Part shown: piece after piece, positions 16,778-19,774 of the stretch | Layout of the letters: the number at the start of each line of letters is the position of its first letter | Numbering within the stretch: the first letter of the stretch is position 1 | NCBI GenBank assembly: GCA_046583315.1 | Contig: JAYGCN010000352.1 | Coordinates: 1 to 19,774 of the forward strand | Length of the DNA stretch: 19,774 nt | Direction: 5' to 3' | From: Candidatus Hydrogenedentota bacterium | Lineage (GTDB): Bacteria; Hydrogenedentota; Hydrogenedentia; Hydrogenedentales; GCA-2746185 | Notes under the pieces: model-generated | The model's input: the letters and a program-made list of their open reading frames with translations, nothing else | Told to the model about the DNA's origin: nothing | Databases searched by the model: none | Made by a program: the position numbers and the translations under genes

Positions 16778-18028
16778 ATAAAACTTCGGCACTACATAAG
16801 TTTGTGTCTGGTTGCGCTGAGTTTTCTCGCACATCCGGGGGTCGCATCGGCACTGCAGGCAGGCGCGGCAAAGGTCGCGATCATTTTGCCCGAAGACGTG
16901 CCGCTCGCTGGGCATTTGTATCGACGCGGACGCAATGCGCATATAGCGCGTGGCACAATAAACGCCCGAAGCCTGTATTTGGAGAGCGACCAGATCCAGG
17001 TCGTGCTTGTCAGCCTTGATCTGTATGCCATAACGCCCGAGCTTCGCGCACGGATTCTTGAAAGTCTGCCGATTCCGATCGCAAAGAGCAATGTCATTTT
17101 GACCGCGACTCACACGCACAGCGGACCGGGGGGGCTTGCGAAGTCATGGTTTCATCGTCAACTCTACGGGCGGTATATGAGTGAGGTCGTGGAGGCGGTC
17201 GCCGTAGCAGTCGAAGAATCAATCATCGCTGCGGAGTCCTCCAAACGTCGCGCAACCATTGGCTACGAAATCGGTGAACAAAAGACACTGACCAAAAATA
17301 TGTTTGAAAAAAAGGGACCACACGATCCCGATCTGGGTGTAATCCGTGTCGATGACTCCGATGGAAACACGATCGCTATACTGGGTACCTTCTCTGGTAG
17401 ACCAGCAACGATTCTCCGCGACAATGGACTCGTTCTCTCCGCAGATTTTCCAGGGGTGTTCTGCGACGAACTTGAAGGCTTGAGCGCGAGTGGCACGGTA
17501 GCTTTCTTCCTTAGCGGCGCCGCAGGAGATCAGGTTTGCACGAATTCCGACGACAAACAAGGCTGGGAGTGGACCGAACACGTCGGCAAAGAACTCGCCG
17601 GTGCCGTCAAGTCGATAGCGAATCGTATCAAGTGCGACGAACTGGCGATATCAATCGGGTATGTCGACCACCCTCTTCCAGGCGATGTCAGCGAGTCATA
17701 TCTTCCACGCGCGACACCATTCCAGTCACTTGCAATCAGCCACTTGCTGATCACATTTCTCCCGGGAGAGCCTTATGCAACACTTAAACGAAAACTCTCC
17801 AGCGAAGTGCGTAAAGCAGGCTTCCGCACTCATATACTGGTCGGGCTAAGCAACGACAATCTCATGGGGCTTGCAACCGCCGACTCTGGCGACATAAAAG
17901 CGTACGGTTCGCGCCAAAGTATAAATATAATCGGTGATACGGTGGTGGAATGGTGTCTCAAAGCAATTTCTGATCTCATGAAGTCCCATAACGATTCTGA
18001 TAACGCGGTGGATTCGACCGATGAGTGA
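16778..18028 (+). CDS. Exported neutral/alkaline ceramidase N-terminal-domain-like protein, active site partly degenerate; start codon uncertain (ATA 16778 proposed; ORF open from TTG 16658)
   Basis: Signal peptide (I/M)KLRHYISLCLVALSFLAHPGVASA, then 'LQAGAAKVAI', 'PLAG', 'ARSLYL', 'VLVSLDL', 'ILTATHTHSGPG', 'DPDLGVIRV', 'SADFPG', 'GAAGD', 'LPGEP', 'GLSND'. Confidence 0.78.
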   Translation: MKLRHYISLCLVALSFLAHPGVASALQAGAAKVAIILPEDVPLAGHLYRRGRNAHIARGTINARSLYLESDQIQVVLVSLDLYAITPELRARILESLPIPIAKSNVILTATHTHSGPGGLAKSWFHRQLYGRYMSEVVEAVAVAVEESIIAAESSKRRATIGYEIGEQKTLTKNMFEKKGPHDPDLGVIRVDDSDGNTIAILGTFSGRPATILRDNGLVLSADFPGVFCDELEGLSASGTVAFFLSGAAGDQVCTNSDDKQGWEWTEHVGKELAGAVKSIANRIKCDELAISIGYVDHPLPGDVSESYLPRATPFQSLAISHLLITFLPGEPYATLKRKLSSEVRKAGFRTHILVGLSNDNLMGLATADSGDIKAYGSRQSINIIGDTVVEWCLKAISDLMKSHNDSDNAVDSTDE

Positions 18029-19613
18029 AGCCGTACGAAGTTTTAGTCGGCGCGGCTCTGGAGGCGCAACCGGAGGAGGTACAGCCCCACGCGGGAGTTT
18101 TCTTTTTACTCGCTTCGTGATTGCCGCGCTCATTCTGTTCGCGATAATTTCGTTCTGGATATCCCGCGATACGCATCGAATTCAACAATTTATCGAACGC
18201 GATCCGGCATCACTCGTCGTGGCACAGCACCTATTGCAAAATAGAGATGAACTCTTCACGTCGCCCTCGTGGAATGCACTCTCCGATTCCGTTCAGAGCC
18301 ATCCGGTTCCCTCGGTGTTGACCACACCGCTTTCCGCGCCCGACTGGGTGCTCCGCAATCTGATTGGCCAGTACGTCCTGATTACTACCCAAGGCACAAC
18401 GGATTTCGAAGAAGCGATTTATATCACGCGCATGTCCAGAGTCGGCGTGCTGCTTGAGCGTGGACTCCGGCGCAGGTCTTCGAATATCTCTGAGGATTCC
18501 GGCGGATTGGGACTGCGCTACCTTTCAGAATCGGGCCTCTATTATGCCGTACGGGGAAGGGTGCTGCTTCTCAGCGCATCCCGTCACGGACTCGTTCACA
18601 CCCTAACGCTCAGCGACACGGAGCGGATTCCAGATGAAGAATGGGATGAGTCGATCTGGGCCCTCGGAGACGACGAGTTCCGAGGAACTTTCCGGTTTTC
18701 GAAGGAATCTCGTTGGGAACCCCATTTCGCGCGTATCGATTTTGCGCTTCGACTTCGTGATGGTGACGGTACGCTCGAATTGAGGGCCGCCTGCACCGAT
18801 GTGTTTTACGAAGAATTGATCCCGCAGCTCGACGGGCAAAAACCAAGCCCGCTCATTCGGCCGATGCCGGGGCCTATTGAATTCTCCGCGAACTTGGGAA
18901 CGACTTTTTACGACCTCTCCCAACTGATGGAAACCGTGCTTGGACCCAAGCCTGATTCAGATGAACCCTGGTTGGTCGGGTTTCTGAAGAAGTCTGATAG
19001 GCGGCAAGCCAGTTATCTTGATCCGTTGATCGACGTCGCAGGACCGAGTATCGCGCAAACCTGGCATGGTTACGAGCTCGGCGACCTTATGCCGACGCAC
19101 AAAACCTCTATAATCGCCGATTATCGCGGAACGGGCATCCAGGATGCGCTAGTGGTGGCAACGGAAGCGCAACGGGAAGGTACTTTCAAGCCATTACAGG
19201 TCAGTCGCGACACAGAGAGTGATTGGCTTGAAATTGAAACGGTCGGCGGGCTCGCACTGACGGCCATTCTCGGGCAAGGAAAGGAGTCCTCCGCTGACCA
19301 ATATCTATTTGCGAGCACATCGAAGCAATTGGCCGAGCAATTCGGTTGGGGAGAGCGTCGCACCGCGGATACGCTAAAAGAATCGGGGAATTTATATGTG
19401 CGTATCAATCCCGGTGCCGTGCTCTCGGAATACGAGGCCTACTCTGCCGCGTTGCAAAGCATCGGGGCAATCAGCGAAGTAGAGCGTAGCGAACGTGAAT
19501 CGCGGATACTGACTTGGCGCGAGCGAATGAAGGGAATTCATGAACTCGCGCTTGTTGCACATCATGAGAATCGAGAAATCACCGCGACGCTGTTCCTTCG
19601 TAACGCTTTCTAG
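18021..19613 (+). CDS. Hypothetical single-pass membrane-anchored protein (530 aa)
   Basis: Long ORF overlapping the upstream gene by 8 nt, with GGTGGA at 18007-18012 as SD. One N-terminal hydrophobic helix 'FVIAALILFAIISFWI' followed by a large soluble domain. No motif I recognise with confidence. Confidence 0.75.
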   Translation: MSEAVRSFSRRGSGGATGGGTAPRGSFLFTRFVIAALILFAIISFWISRDTHRIQQFIERDPASLVVAQHLLQNRDELFTSPSWNALSDSVQSHPVPSVLTTPLSAPDWVLRNLIGQYVLITTQGTTDFEEAIYITRMSRVGVLLERGLRRRSSNISEDSGGLGLRYLSESGLYYAVRGRVLLLSASRHGLVHTLTLSDTERIPDEEWDESIWALGDDEFRGTFRFSKESRWEPHFARIDFALRLRDGDGTLELRAACTDVFYEELIPQLDGQKPSPLIRPMPGPIEFSANLGTTFYDLSQLMETVLGPKPDSDEPWLVGFLKKSDRRQASYLDPLIDVAGPSIAQTWHGYELGDLMPTHKTSIIADYRGTGIQDALVVATEAQREGTFKPLQVSRDTESDWLEIETVGGLALTAILGQGKESSADQYLFASTSKQLAEQFGWGERRTADTLKESGNLYVRINPGAVLSEYEAYSAALQSIGAISEVERSERESRILTWRERMKGIHELALVAHHENREITATLFLRNAF

Positions 19614-19774
19614 AAGTCGATGACGTCCAATCCCGGAATAGACGACTCGAGTGGGATGGTTTCGATGCCTGTCGCGCCAAGTTTCGCCAGTTCATAGCGG
19701 ACACGCGCCAGGGTCAAGTCTTTCGCGTTCACGTCGAGTTGAATACTGAACTCTACGTAATTGATGCCTTCATT
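19610..19774 (-). CDS. 3' end of a gene entering from the right edge; resembles the C-terminal regulatory domain of long-form ATP phosphoribosyltransferase (HisG)
   Basis: Minus-strand frame is open from 19774 to TAG at 19612-19610 and reads NEGINYVEFSIQLDVNAKDLTLARVRYELAKLGATGIETIPLESSIPGLDVIDF*. 'LAKLGATGIETIPLE' resembles the HisG-C ending LKxxGAxGILVLPIE. It is not listed in the ORF track. Confidence 0.45.
   Translation of the reverse strand, partial: NEGINYVEFSIQLDVNAKDLTLARVRYELAKLGATGIETIPLESSIPGLDVIDF

Noticed and set aside
18021..18160. 'SRRG' near the N-terminus as a Tat signal
   Set aside because: It lacks the RRxFL consensus, the hydrophobic helix begins ~20 residues later, and no cleavage site is evident; a signal anchor is more likely.

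Overview
Gene-dense bacterial chromosomal window (GC roughly mid-50s % by eye, not computed) with no rRNA, tRNA, CRISPR array or mobile element that I can support. 1-8657 is the 3' part of a tightly coupled membrane/periplasmic operon of the type usually found downstream of MoxR AAA+ and DUF58 genes (those genes are not in the window). It contains a 5'-truncated BatA-like vWA/Ig/GATase-like protein, a ~1213-aa DUF4175-like membrane coiled-coil protein with a glutenin-like QPG repeat, a vWA(MIDAS)+Ig+GATase-like membrane protein, and a secreted clan CD (legumain/caspase-fold) protein whose catalytic Cys appears to be Ser. After a hairpin-rich 106-nt spacer come a sodium:solute symporter, a GT-C glycosyltransferase with a very acidic N-terminal tail, and an exported YtcJ-type amidohydrolase. 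Next are a BASS transporter (-), an exported SnoaL/NTF2-like protein (+), a PaaG-type crotonase (-) and a probable 53-aa small protein (-). The window ends with a degenerate neutral-ceramidase-like protein that may start at a non-canonical ATA, a membrane-anchored hypothetical protein, and the 3' end of a minus-strand gene resembling the HisG C-terminus. All three convergent gene pairs overlap by 4 nt at their stop codons. Family calls rest on motif recognition by eye, not on database searches.
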